From an uncultured archaeon (GTDB lineage Archaea; Thermoplasmatota; Thermoplasmata; Thermoplasmatales; Thermoplasmataceae), in assembly GCA_000965745.1 (NCBI GenBank), contig CP009479.1:2162688-2226687 (forward strand): DNA of 64,000 nt, read 5' to 3'. Position numbers and translations under genes: made by a program. The notes beneath the pieces are model-generated. The model saw only the letters and a list, made by a program, of their open reading frames with translations. It had not been told where the DNA came from and searched no databases. This document shows, piece after piece, positions 9,533 through 19,013 of the stretch. Within the stretch, counting starts at the first letter, position 1. Every line of letters begins with the position of its first letter.

Positions 9533-11477
9533 CGTTTGTTCCTGCCCTTCCTTTCGGTGGGCCGAATTTTTTAGCGTTGAGGAATTCAGCTATTCTTCCG
9601 AAGAACCTCTGCCTCTCAGGTGAGGGGACGAGCGAGTTTTCGAGAACATCCTGGATGTTTGCTGCCGGAATTATTTCTATCTTCCCCATATGCTCCTGGT
9701 CAAGGACTATGTCCCCGAGGTTGGCTGCAGGCACTATTACTCTCTTCAGGCCGGAGTCTATGGCAGCTTCAATCTTTGCACTGACCCCTCCAACAGGAAG
9801 GACGTTTCCCCTTACACTGAGGGAGCCTGTCATGGCAACCTCCTGGTCTACTGGTATGTCCTCCATTGCAGATATCACTGCAGTTGCGATGGAAATGCTT
9901 GCCGAATCTCCTTCCACACCTTCGTATGTGCCGACAAACTGTATGTGAATGTCGACGTCTGAGATGTCCTTGCCACTCATCTTCTTAAAGACAGCAGAGA
10001 CGTTCTGGACCGCTTCCTTTGCAATATCGCCGAGCTTTCCCGTTGCGATTACAGTGCCGTTGCCCTTATGCTGCGCAGGGGTAACCTCAGCAACTATTGG
10101 CATCACGATTCCAGTATATTCTGCCATTCCAGAGCCGCCACCCATAACAGCCAGGCCGTTGATTGTCCCGATAGCCTCTCCTTCACTGAGGAAGGTCTTG
10201 TAGACTTTCTTGATCTCTATAGCCTTGTCAGCTACCTGCTGCTCGAGAGGCTTACTCAGAGCCCTTGCCCTTATCACGTGTTTTGCATTCACTATGGATG
10301 CGTTCTCGGATATTGCAATGTCACCAGCAACACGTATCAGACCACCAAGTTCCCTGAGCCTGAGGGTAAGCTTTCCTCTTCTTCCGGAGCGTTTCTGCGC
10401 TTCCTTGATTATCTCGATGACTGCAGATGTGTCAAAGTGTGGTATTTTTTTGTCCTTTGAGATTTCCTGGGCTATGAACTGAACCAGTTTTGTCCTGTTG
10501 TCATCGTTGTCATTCATTGTGTTGTTGACATATACTTCGTAACCGTAGCCCCTTATCCTTGACCTCAGTGCCGGGTGTATACCCTGAACTGCGTCCAGAT
10601 TCCCGGCAGCAACAAGAACAAAGTCACATGGGACCGGTTCGGTCTGCACCATTGCACCAGCACTTCTCTCACTCTGACCCGATATCGGGAATTTCTTCTC
10701 CTGCATAGCAGTAAGGAGAGCCTGCTGGCTTTCTGGCCTCAACAGGTTCATTTCATCCACGAAAAGGACTCCCCTGTGGGCCTTGTGGATATTCCCCGCT
10801 TCTACCCTGTCGTGAGACGGAGTTTCCAGTCCCCCGGACTGAAAGGGATCGTGCCTGACGTCTCCGAGCAGTGCTCCGGAGTGTGCGCCTGTTGAATCCA
10901 CGAAGGGCGGCTTGTCGCTGCCCGTGTGTGAAACGAGTAATTTCGGGATTAACGCCCGTTCGCTTCTCATTGCAGGATTAAAAGCCAGTGCCATGTAGAT
11001 GAAAGCGGCTGCCATAATTGCAAAGAATATGACTGTCCACTGCCCCAGGACCACGGCTGCGATAATTCCCAGGAATATTACCGAGAAAATTATGAACATT
11101 ACCCCCCTGGACCTGTCTTTCTTTTCCCTTTCAGCCTTTATCTGGTACTGCCTGACTATCTCCTTGCCTTTTCCGGCAGGAAGCGTCTTGACCTTTGGTC
11201 TGTTGTTGTCCTCGGGATTAGGGAGGATCATAATGTCTTCCAGCTCTTCCTTTGGCAGAAAGTCCACCATTGATTGAGCCAGCATGGATTTCCCAGTTCC
11301 GGGATCTCCTATAAGTAGGACATGCCTCTTTTGCAGGGCAGCTTTTTTGACTACCTGCCCAGCTTCATCCTGTCCTATTACTTGATCGAAAAGAACCTTG
11401 GGTATTTGTACATCCTTTGTGCTTTCTATGTTTAGCTTGGATACCCATTGTTCTACTTCTTCCATTTCTTCTTGCAC
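9525..11477 (-). CDS. lonB: Membrane-bound ATP-dependent protease LonB
   Basis: [10 protein letters not shown] insert, [21 protein letters not shown] catalytic Ser, PVGGVSAK. Confidence 0.96.
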   Translation of the reverse strand: MQEEMEEVEQWVSKLNIESTKDVQIPKVLFDQVIGQDEAGQVVKKAALQKRHVLLIGDPGTGKSMLAQSMVDFLPKEELEDIMILPNPEDNNRPKVKTLPAGKGKEIVRQYQIKAEREKKDRSRGVMFIIFSVIFLGIIAAVVLGQWTVIFFAIMAAAFIYMALAFNPAMRSERALIPKLLVSHTGSDKPPFVDSTGAHSGALLGDVRHDPFQSGGLETPSHDRVEAGNIHKAHRGVLFVDEMNLLRPESQQALLTAMQEKKFPISGQSERSAGAMVQTEPVPCDFVLVAAGNLDAVQGIHPALRSRIRGYGYEVYVNNTMNDNDDNRTKLVQFIAQEISKDKKIPHFDTSAVIEIIKEAQKRSGRRGKLTLRLRELGGLIRVAGDIAISENASIVNAKHVIRARALSKPLEQQVADKAIEIKKVYKTFLSEGEAIGTINGLAVMGGGSGMAEYTGIVMPIVAEVTPAQHKGNGTVIATGKLGDIAKEAVQNVSAVFKKMSGKDISDVDIHIQFVGTYEGVEGDSASISIATAVISAMEDIPVDQEVAMTGSLSVRGNVLPVGGVSAKIEAAIDSGLKRVIVPAANLGDIVLDQEHMGKIEIIPAANIQDVLENSLVPSPERQRFFGRIAEFLNAKKFGPPKGRAGTNVA

Positions 11478-11593
11478 GATACTTCATCTAAATTTAATAA
11501 ATAAGCCTTTCCTATTATTAGGGAGACAGAAAACGAAACGATTTTTCCCCGGTTTATAAAATCAAAATGGAAAAGTGGCTGTTGACTGTAAAA

Positions 11594-11941
11594 TTACCCT
11601 ATTTCAACAGCGAAGACTTTCCTCTGGTTAAACATGTTCTTCAGGGCTTTTACGTCCTCAATATATTCCATGTTTACCTTGAAGTACTTGAACCCGTTCT
11701 TTGTCTGCTCGACGTTGACAAGGCCAAGGCCGCATAGCGATTCCTCGCCGGTATACCTGACGCCTAGACCCTCAAGACAGCCTTTTACGTTTGAAGGATC
11801 GGACTTTATAGCTCTCGAAATCTCTGAAAGGTATGAACGGTACGGATAGATCGAAAGGAGGTAGAAGAGAACCTTTCTTCTGAGTTCGCTTCTGTTTAAT
11901 GATCTTATGACGTTGCCGTCTGCCACTAGTTCCATATCCAT
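11594..11941 (-). CDS. wHTH transcription regulator, EarA/DUF1495-like
   Basis: RSELRRKVL.YL..IYP..SYLSEISR....DPSNV.GCL.G.G.RY pattern. Confidence 0.7.
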   Translation of the reverse strand: MDMELVADGNVIRSLNRSELRRKVLFYLLSIYPYRSYLSEISRAIKSDPSNVKGCLEGLGVRYTGEESLCGLGLVNVEQTKNGFKYFKVNMEYIEDVKALKNMFNQRKVFAVEIG

Positions 11942-12155
11942 AAATGGCTTAGGGTGTATTTAAAATTTTTTTTCATCACAATTATATGTCGTACGAAATA
12001 CAGATAGTCATACCGTAACACCTACATAAACGGCATTCGCCGATTGGATTTTTGTCTGACATTACGCCTGCCCAGCAACATTGTGGCCATCAGCATTAAT
12101 GTAAGATCAGAGTTTCTGAGCATATAATATTTTATTCGATTAGATATCCCCTTTC

Positions 12156-13259
12156 GTGGCATTTGTTGCTGGAAAATCATTAAAACTCTCAATATTCGGA
12201 AGTTCGCATGGAGATCTTGTAGGATGCAGCCTCGACGGGTTGCCCGCGGGCCTGAAGATAGATGAAGATAATATCAGGAAATGGCTCAGCAGGAGAAGGC
12301 CTTCGCAAAGTGAGTACACCACACAGAGGAAGGAAAAGGATGTTGCAGAGATTGTGTCGGGTATGACGGACGGCTACACGGACGGAGGCCCGGTCACCAT
12401 CCTCATACGAAACGAGGACAGGATATCAGCCCATTATGAAGAGATGAGATTCAAGCCCAGGCCAGGCCACGGGGACCTGACGCTTTTTTACAAATACGGC
12501 GAACACAGGAATTACAAGGGTGGCGGTTTCCTCTCCGGAAGAATGACTGCCCCACTTGTTGCAGCTGGTGCAATAACAACCCAGCTGCTTGACAGATACG
12601 GCGTGACTGTGTCCTCCTACATAGAAAAAATTGGCGATGCAAGAACCTCAATGACAGAGAACGATGTCGGGCCGGATTTCGCTTATGAGTACAAGACGAG
12701 AATGCCGGATGCGGACTCCGATGCCATTGCTGACGGAATCCTCAAGGCACTGCTGAAAGATGGCGACAGCATAGGGGGAAGCATAAAGACCGTAGTGAGG
12801 AGCCCTCCCAGAGGTATTGGGGAGCCGTTTTATGATTCAGTGGAAAGCAGCCTCTCGAGGATGATGTTCTCAATTCCCGGGCTCAAGGGAATCGAGTTTG
12901 GTGCTGGGTTCAGGTTTTCGGGCCTGAAAGGTTCAGAAGCCAACGATGTATATTTCCTCGAGAACGGAGATGTGAAAACACGGAGCAACAACAATGGCGG
13001 GATACTTGGAGGCATAACCAACGGAATGCCCATAGTATTCAGTGTTGTAATGAAGCCAACTTCTTCCATCAGGAAGGAGCAGTCAACAGTAAACTTGAAA
13101 ACCTGGAAGGAGGATGCCCTCAGGATAGTCGGAAGGCATGACCCCTGCATCGCAATAAGGGCCGTCCCCGTAGTACAGACGCTGACTTCTGTGGCAATAG
13201 CAGACCTGATGCTTCAAAACCAGAACATCCCGCGGGTCCTAGATGATGGAGAGGAATGA
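12156..13259 (+). CDS. aroC: Chorismate synthase
   Basis: FGSSHG, RPGHGD, GGILGGITNG, GRHDPC. Confidence 0.96.
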   Translation: MAFVAGKSLKLSIFGSSHGDLVGCSLDGLPAGLKIDEDNIRKWLSRRRPSQSEYTTQRKEKDVAEIVSGMTDGYTDGGPVTILIRNEDRISAHYEEMRFKPRPGHGDLTLFYKYGEHRNYKGGGFLSGRMTAPLVAAGAITTQLLDRYGVTVSSYIEKIGDARTSMTENDVGPDFAYEYKTRMPDADSDAIADGILKALLKDGDSIGGSIKTVVRSPPRGIGEPFYDSVESSLSRMMFSIPGLKGIEFGAGFRFSGLKGSEANDVYFLENGDVKTRSNNNGGILGGITNGMPIVFSVVMKPTSSIRKEQSTVNLKTWKEDALRIVGRHDPCIAIRAVPVVQTLTSVAIADLMLQNQNIPRVLDDGEE

Positions 13260-15026
13260 GTCGAATATGACTATGGAAGTGATTATTGACAGTGGGATGG
13301 CGAGCATCAGGGTATATTTGGCAGTCTTGAGAGACGAGAAAACGAGTTCAATAAGGTCCTGAAAACTGTTTTCATCGCCCATTTTTACCTTTACAGTCTC
13401 AGTTGCCATGGCGACCCGGACGTCCTCCACATCAGCCATTGCCTTCTCGACGGCAACCACAACCTGGTCGGTGAGCTCCTCAACGTCGCACCTTGCACCT
13501 AGCGGGTTCATGTCCAGCGACCCCGCGTTGACAACGTGATTGTCGGTTGTGTAGATCTCAAGGCCATCGACCATTGACCGTGTTTTTTCCCTTGCTCTTT
13601 CTATAACCTCGGTCGTAACATTGTTTGAATCTGTCAGCACAATCGCCTGGTTAGTGTCACCTGCATTCATCACGAGAGCCTGGATCCCCATTGTCGCAAG
13701 GCCCTCAATTTCCGGCGTAACCTTCCCATAGCCCATTCTTGCTGGAAAACGTGTCTGCATCCTTGAAAATTCCCTCTCGAATGCGGGTATGAAAGTCGAG
13801 CAGTCGTCAAGTTCCCTCACTCCTTCCGTGAAATGGTTCTGTGCATCTATCAGGGCGAAATCCTTCAGGCAGCTTCCCCGGACTGAATCTATAACCTTCA
13901 GTCCTTCAGAGAGTGAGACGTCGTCGAAGGGGGTCTTCTCCGGAATTAGGGCCCCGTACGCAAAGTCACCGATTTTCTGCATGCCGACCACGTACTTCCC
14001 CACAGTGATTTTCTTGAACTTTGACATTGTATCGGAATATTTCATGCCTTCCATGGCCTTCCTTATTCCTTCAGCAATGGAATCCACATCCTGGTCTCCC
14101 CTGCAGTTGTTGCTGTTTGTCGTGGTTGTGTGAAAAACCATGAGATCTGTGTCGAGTTCGGCAAGACTTGTTTTGAGCCTCTCAGGAAGGTCGCTTGACC
14201 CGATTCTTCCGAAGGGCCCGGGGTGAATGTAGGGGAATACTGCTGTAACCTTTCTCTTTCCGTTTGCCGATACAATGTCCATTACCTTCACGGGCACTTT
14301 CCTGCTGTGCCGGTATATCTTCTCAAAGAATCTCTGCCCTATCCTCTCGGAATTTACCACTGATTTGTAGTTCAGGAAAAATTTGATCATCTCGGTAGGG
14401 CTTTCGTTGAACTCCTCAATGAATTTTCTGGTGGACCTCTTCACGAAAATTGCTCCTGCCGTGATATAAACAAGCGATGAAAGCAGGAAAGGCACTATTG
14501 TTGCGGGGTCCCTGAACACCAGGTAAAGAGCTATTATTGCCGCATAGGTGTAATTGAGCGATGGGAAGATTGTCTTGGAACTGTTTTCCGAATAATATCC
14601 GTAAAGAATAATCACTCTTACGAAAGATACCAGTGACAGTGAGATCATTATCAGGTACTCAGTTGTGGTGAAGTGAATAAGGTACACTATCCAGAAGAAT
14701 ATAGACCATATAAGGAGCGAGAGGAAGTTGAGGAACATTATTCTCCTGAATGGAAAGACGAATTTGGCTGCCTTGACGAATATCCAGTCAATGAGCAGTA
14801 CCAGGAGAAATGATCCTGCGATCCCCACTCCGACGAGGAAAACATCCTTCAGGAGAAAAAAATCTATCAGAAATATGGCTATTGTGGGTATTGCTAGATT
14901 CCGCCAGTGCGGTGACCTGTATATGAACCGTGAAAGCTCTGCGAACGTTCGTGATTTGTGGTTTGCTTCCATTAAAGTTGATGCCGTATCTTGCCCTGTA
15001 TAATAGTCTTTGCCATAGGAATTCAC
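13239..15026 (-). CDS. DUF2070-family membrane protein
   Basis: N-terminal TM bundle; HPGPFG..GSS.LP, DSNN, TTDNH motifs. Confidence 0.8.
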   Translation of the reverse strand: MNSYGKDYYTGQDTASTLMEANHKSRTFAELSRFIYRSPHWRNLAIPTIAIFLIDFFLLKDVFLVGVGIAGSFLLVLLIDWIFVKAAKFVFPFRRIMFLNFLSLLIWSIFFWIVYLIHFTTTEYLIMISLSLVSFVRVIILYGYYSENSSKTIFPSLNYTYAAIIALYLVFRDPATIVPFLLSSLVYITAGAIFVKRSTRKFIEEFNESPTEMIKFFLNYKSVVNSERIGQRFFEKIYRHSRKVPVKVMDIVSANGKRKVTAVFPYIHPGPFGRIGSSDLPERLKTSLAELDTDLMVFHTTTTNSNNCRGDQDVDSIAEGIRKAMEGMKYSDTMSKFKKITVGKYVVGMQKIGDFAYGALIPEKTPFDDVSLSEGLKVIDSVRGSCLKDFALIDAQNHFTEGVRELDDCSTFIPAFEREFSRMQTRFPARMGYGKVTPEIEGLATMGIQALVMNAGDTNQAIVLTDSNNVTTEVIERAREKTRSMVDGLEIYTTDNHVVNAGSLDMNPLGARCDVEELTDQVVVAVEKAMADVEDVRVAMATETVKVKMGDENSFQDLIELVFSSLKTAKYTLMLAIPLSIITSIVIFDSFLSII

Positions 15027-16135
15027 TTCATAAAGGACTGGTAAACTTCAAGCAGCTTTTCAGCGTGCTTCTTCGGGCTGAATTTTGTGCGTGCAAAGGC
15101 CGTTGCTTTTTCCGACAGTTCCCTGTACCTGCCTTCGTTCAAGAGGACAGCCTTCAGCGTTGCTGCGGTTTCTTCGATGTTGCTGAAATCTACGGGTACC
15201 ATCCCGCATTCACCGTCACAGTATGAAAGGAGGGGGAAATTCTCAGACACCAGCGCCGGCTTCCCCGTGGAAAGGGCTTCGAGGACCGCGAGGCCGAATG
15301 TATCAGACTCGGACGGGTGTATGAAAATGCTTGACTCCTTGAGGGTGTTCAGCTTCCTGTCCTCACTTACATACCCGTTTAGTGACACTGTTTCGCTGAG
15401 CCCGAGAGAACCGACCATCTTTTTTATTGCATGTTCCTCAGGGCCGATGCCCGAAATGGAAAACCTGACTTCGCTGTCATTCCTCATGTGGTCAGCAAGC
15501 TTGACTATCTTTTCAATACCCTTGTCCTTTGTCAGCCTTCCGATGTACTGGACGACTTTCCGGCCATTTCCGGGTTTGCCGTTGCTGAACTTTTCAGTGT
15601 CTACGAACAGTGTCAACTCCTCTACCCTGTGCATCCCGTTCTTCCGCATCGCATCAGCAGTGGAGGAGCTTGGGCAGAGTACAGCATCGCATCTTCTGTA
15701 CAGGAAAAGGTTATACCTCCATGAAATCCAGAAGAAAGTATCTTTCATGGGCATGTTTATTGATTCCTTCATCTTAGAGAAATCGGTGTGGAAAGTTGCT
15801 ATTATAGGGATGTTTTTCGCCCTTGCGATCCTGTAGCCGAGTGTCCCCATGAAGAATGAGCTGTGTATGTTGACTACATCAAGTTTAGTCTTCAGCATCT
15901 TCCTGTACAGGTTGAAGGGAAAGACGCTCACGGGGACCCTGTATTGCATGTAGAGAAAGAGAGGTATCGTGTATGGCTTGAAAACATTCTTTTCAGTAGT
16001 GTCTCCGGCAAGAGTGAAAACAAAAACTTCGTGGCCCATGGCCTCCAGTTCTTTCTTTATATCCCTGAGGTAGTGCGAAACCCCGTCAGGAGTCGGATAA
16101 TATGTCTCTGTGAAAAACCCTATGTTCATCTGCAT
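15023..16135 (-). CDS. GT4 glycosyltransferase
   Basis: FTETYYP..DGV, GRL..DKG, SDTFGLAVLEAL. Confidence 0.9.
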   Translation of the reverse strand: MQMNIGFFTETYYPTPDGVSHYLRDIKKELEAMGHEVFVFTLAGDTTEKNVFKPYTIPLFLYMQYRVPVSVFPFNLYRKMLKTKLDVVNIHSSFFMGTLGYRIARAKNIPIIATFHTDFSKMKESINMPMKDTFFWISWRYNLFLYRRCDAVLCPSSSTADAMRKNGMHRVEELTLFVDTEKFSNGKPGNGRKVVQYIGRLTKDKGIEKIVKLADHMRNDSEVRFSISGIGPEEHAIKKMVGSLGLSETVSLNGYVSEDRKLNTLKESSIFIHPSESDTFGLAVLEALSTGKPALVSENFPLLSYCDGECGMVPVDFSNIEETAATLKAVLLNEGRYRELSEKATAFARTKFSPKKHAEKLLEVYQSFMK

Positions 16136-17208
16136 CAGCGTTTGACTGGAATCATCCTGTAGCGTCCGTATCCGTACAGCACCTTAATGAAAGCCGGTAT
16201 CTTTATATCACGAGAATTGTCAATATCTACAAATAGATTTGCCATACTGCTGAGTTTTTCCTGGGACGATATGACCCATATGTTATTCCAGCCTATTTTT
16301 TCAACGATTCTTGAAGATATTTGCTTATTTCCTCTCCCCAGGAGAAAATTCTGGCCCCCGATTGGGGAGATGACCAGCACAGGCGGGTATTCTGATACGT
16401 ACCTGTAGATTTCGCTTTCATCCGCATCTGACACTGCAATTTTTCCGTCAATCAGAATGTCGAACCCGAGTATGTTTGTAGCTCCTATATTTTCCGGAAG
16501 CACGCTCTTGCAGGTGGACCCCGGGCCTATTACATAGCAAATGCCCCCCCTCATTCTCTCCCCTATGTATTCTGATATGCCCGTAAAATCAACGTGTGAG
16601 TACTCGGCTTTTGATTCCGACACCACCAGTGGGGTAACCGGGACAGTCATTTCGCCGAAGAGGGAGATGTCAAGCTCGCCTTTCCTGAATTTGTCCTCAT
16701 CTATGTCCACGACCTCACTCTTGGTGGTTTCCCATGTTCCCGATGAGGATAGTTGCTTTATGAGAGATACTGCAGACCTGACGCTTATTGAGAAGACTGA
16801 ACTGTACATCTTCATTCCCGCCGGAATGCCCACGACTGCAAGATCCTCCCTTACTGCCGCGAGGATATCCCTGGCTGTCCCGTCCCCTCCGACAAATGCC
16901 AGGATATCGGCATCCGTTCCGTTAAGTTCCCTGACGAAAGCTGCGGTGTCCTCTGAAGTAGTTGGCTCAGAGGGGGCATATATGACCCTGTACGAAGTGA
17001 TGCCTGCCTTGTCGAGGGCTTCTGATCCCATGATGCCTGATGGAACGTAGAATTCTATTTCCTCAGATTTTACCCCATCAAGGAATTTAAGCGCCCTTGA
17101 GACGGACTTTGAATCCTCGTGTGATTTCAGGACCAGACCGTCGGATCCCTTCAAATTGGAGATTATCCCGTATCCTGCGAGCGGATTGATGAAAAACCCG
17201 AGCTTCAC
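16135..17208 (-). CDS. ATP-NAD kinase family protein
   Basis: INPLAG, GGDGTARD, GIPAG.KMYS, GQ.FLLGRGN.QIS. Confidence 0.85.
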   Translation of the reverse strand: MKLGFFINPLAGYGIISNLKGSDGLVLKSHEDSKSVSRALKFLDGVKSEEIEFYVPSGIMGSEALDKAGITSYRVIYAPSEPTTSEDTAAFVRELNGTDADILAFVGGDGTARDILAAVREDLAVVGIPAGMKMYSSVFSISVRSAVSLIKQLSSSGTWETTKSEVVDIDEDKFRKGELDISLFGEMTVPVTPLVVSESKAEYSHVDFTGISEYIGERMRGGICYVIGPGSTCKSVLPENIGATNILGFDILIDGKIAVSDADESEIYRYVSEYPPVLVISPIGGQNFLLGRGNKQISSRIVEKIGWNNIWVISSQEKLSSMANLFVDIDNSRDIKIPAFIKVLYGYGRYRMIPVKR

Positions 17209-19001
17209 GACACTCCGGTGAATGCCCTGTTGTTGATTAACCTTTCAGGGGGTGCCTGCAGATTCTGCGCAAGTTTTGATCCCGCGGAAGAGCCGTTCTT
17301 CACAATGATGTGGGCTATCGCTGCGGAATAGTTGGCATCATAGGTGACCACCGTAATTGTGCCGTTACCCAATGTGGGCGTTATGGAGAGAACCATGCTC
17401 TTGCCGGCTTTTACGGAGAGCGGGAATGCTGCCTCCTGGGACTGGCCCAGTGGAATTGTCAGGTTCGAGCCCGTGAGGCTGTACTTGATTCCCGGGTCTG
17501 AAAACGAAATTACGTTCAGGTGCAGCGTTGAGAGGCCTGTATTGTACTCGGTAAAATTGTAGGTCTGGTTTTCGAATATGGTGGTCGAGAACGGGTTCTC
17601 ATTGTTCACTGAGAGTATGCCCGAAAGGTCGATAAGCATGATCTTCACAGGATATGTCTTGCTGATCTCGCCCGAGTATGTGGTAATGGAGTAATCATAC
17701 ATGCCTGTCTTGTTTACATTATAGAACGGTATAGTCAGCATGTACGTGGCATTCTCCCCTTTGGCGATGGTTTTGCTCGGCCCCTGGACTTTAAGTGAGG
17801 TCGCCGGGCTTATGGAGAAAGCAGGCACAATTGACGACTGTCCGCTGTTAACGAGGTGCACCATGAGCGTCACGTTCTCGTGGGTTCCGTTTACGATCAC
17901 TGCGTCCGGATTTTCGATCTGCACAGTAAAATCGCTGTTGACAATGTGGTATGGAAACGGCACCATACCCAGGATCAGGATGGCGAATGCGATGACCGCT
18001 AGTGCTTTGCCCGGGGCCAGTACCTTTGATACGTTGTTGAGGGGCTCAGGTCCCTTCATGCCGAGAAGCACCACGAAAACTGCCAGCAGGACCCATGGCG
18101 GATATATGATGCCCAGGCCAATGATTGCGATAATGGAGGCATAGGAGAGGTAAACTGACCTGTTCCCGAATAGTGCCGTGGCAATCAGGCCGCCGTCCAG
18201 GTACCCGGCAGGGAAAGCGTTGAATGAGTTTACTACGATTCCAATCCAGCCTGCGAAGGCTATCGGGTCGAGAATGCCATGGGAGGGCATAACCCTGTTG
18301 AAGAGAAGCTGGAAAATCAGGGGGGAGCTTAGAAGCTCAACCGGGGAATTGATGTTAGGGCTCGTGGGCGGGTTGATGATTGAGTTGAAATTTCCTATAA
18401 ATATTACAACAATTGATGAAGCGAATCCCGCAATGAGCGATGCTGCCCCGGTTTCAATCATTGAGTGCCTGGTCTTGAAAGCCTGCCTGGGGGTGTTTAT
18501 GAAACCCATGGTTCCCAGGCCCAGCGGATCCGGAACAAAGACGGGGAGGGAGTATTTCATTCCGTTCTTGGCCATAACAAAGAATTTCGTGAGCTCCCTT
18601 GAGAGGAAGATCAGAAATAGCGGGAGGGTGAAGTTGATCAGGGAGCTGAAGAGAACGTACGGCAACGAGTTCGAACCAGTGTATCCACGAACATAGGAGT
18701 ACCCGACATATACGACGCTTCCAAGTGATGCGACAAGAAGTATGACCCTCAACAGATAGTTCTGGTTCCTGGAGCCAATGCTCCTGATAACGGTTATCTG
18801 GTTCCTCTCGGAAGAGGACGTGAAACAGACAAAGTCTATGGTCGCGAGTTCATCTACAAGGTGGTTGAAATCATCTTCCAGGTAACTGTTCAGATCTTCG
18901 ATTATAAATGTTATAGAGTTTCCATCAGCAGAAACTTTCCTGTAGTCGTAATATTTGGCTACCGTCTTTTCGATCTGAGCTCTTTCCCTGTCAGAAATCA
19001 T
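17205..19001 (-). CDS. Site-2 protease (M50)-like membrane protein with C-terminal extracellular beta-rich domain
   Basis: SLPVFVP...GTMG, PIAFAGWIG, NAFPAGYLDGG; HExxH replaced by RELTK. Confidence 0.75.
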   Translation of the reverse strand: MISDRERAQIEKTVAKYYDYRKVSADGNSITFIIEDLNSYLEDDFNHLVDELATIDFVCFTSSSERNQITVIRSIGSRNQNYLLRVILLVASLGSVVYVGYSYVRGYTGSNSLPYVLFSSLINFTLPLFLIFLSRELTKFFVMAKNGMKYSLPVFVPDPLGLGTMGFINTPRQAFKTRHSMIETGAASLIAGFASSIVVIFIGNFNSIINPPTSPNINSPVELLSSPLIFQLLFNRVMPSHGILDPIAFAGWIGIVVNSFNAFPAGYLDGGLIATALFGNRSVYLSYASIIAIIGLGIIYPPWVLLAVFVVLLGMKGPEPLNNVSKVLAPGKALAVIAFAILILGMVPFPYHIVNSDFTVQIENPDAVIVNGTHENVTLMVHLVNSGQSSIVPAFSISPATSLKVQGPSKTIAKGENATYMLTIPFYNVNKTGMYDYSITTYSGEISKTYPVKIMLIDLSGILSVNNENPFSTTIFENQTYNFTEYNTGLSTLHLNVISFSDPGIKYSLTGSNLTIPLGQSQEAAFPLSVKAGKSMVLSITPTLGNGTITVVTYDANYSAAIAHIIVKNGSSAGSKLAQNLQAPPERLINNRAFTGVS

Positions 19002-19013
19002 TAGGAATCCGGG

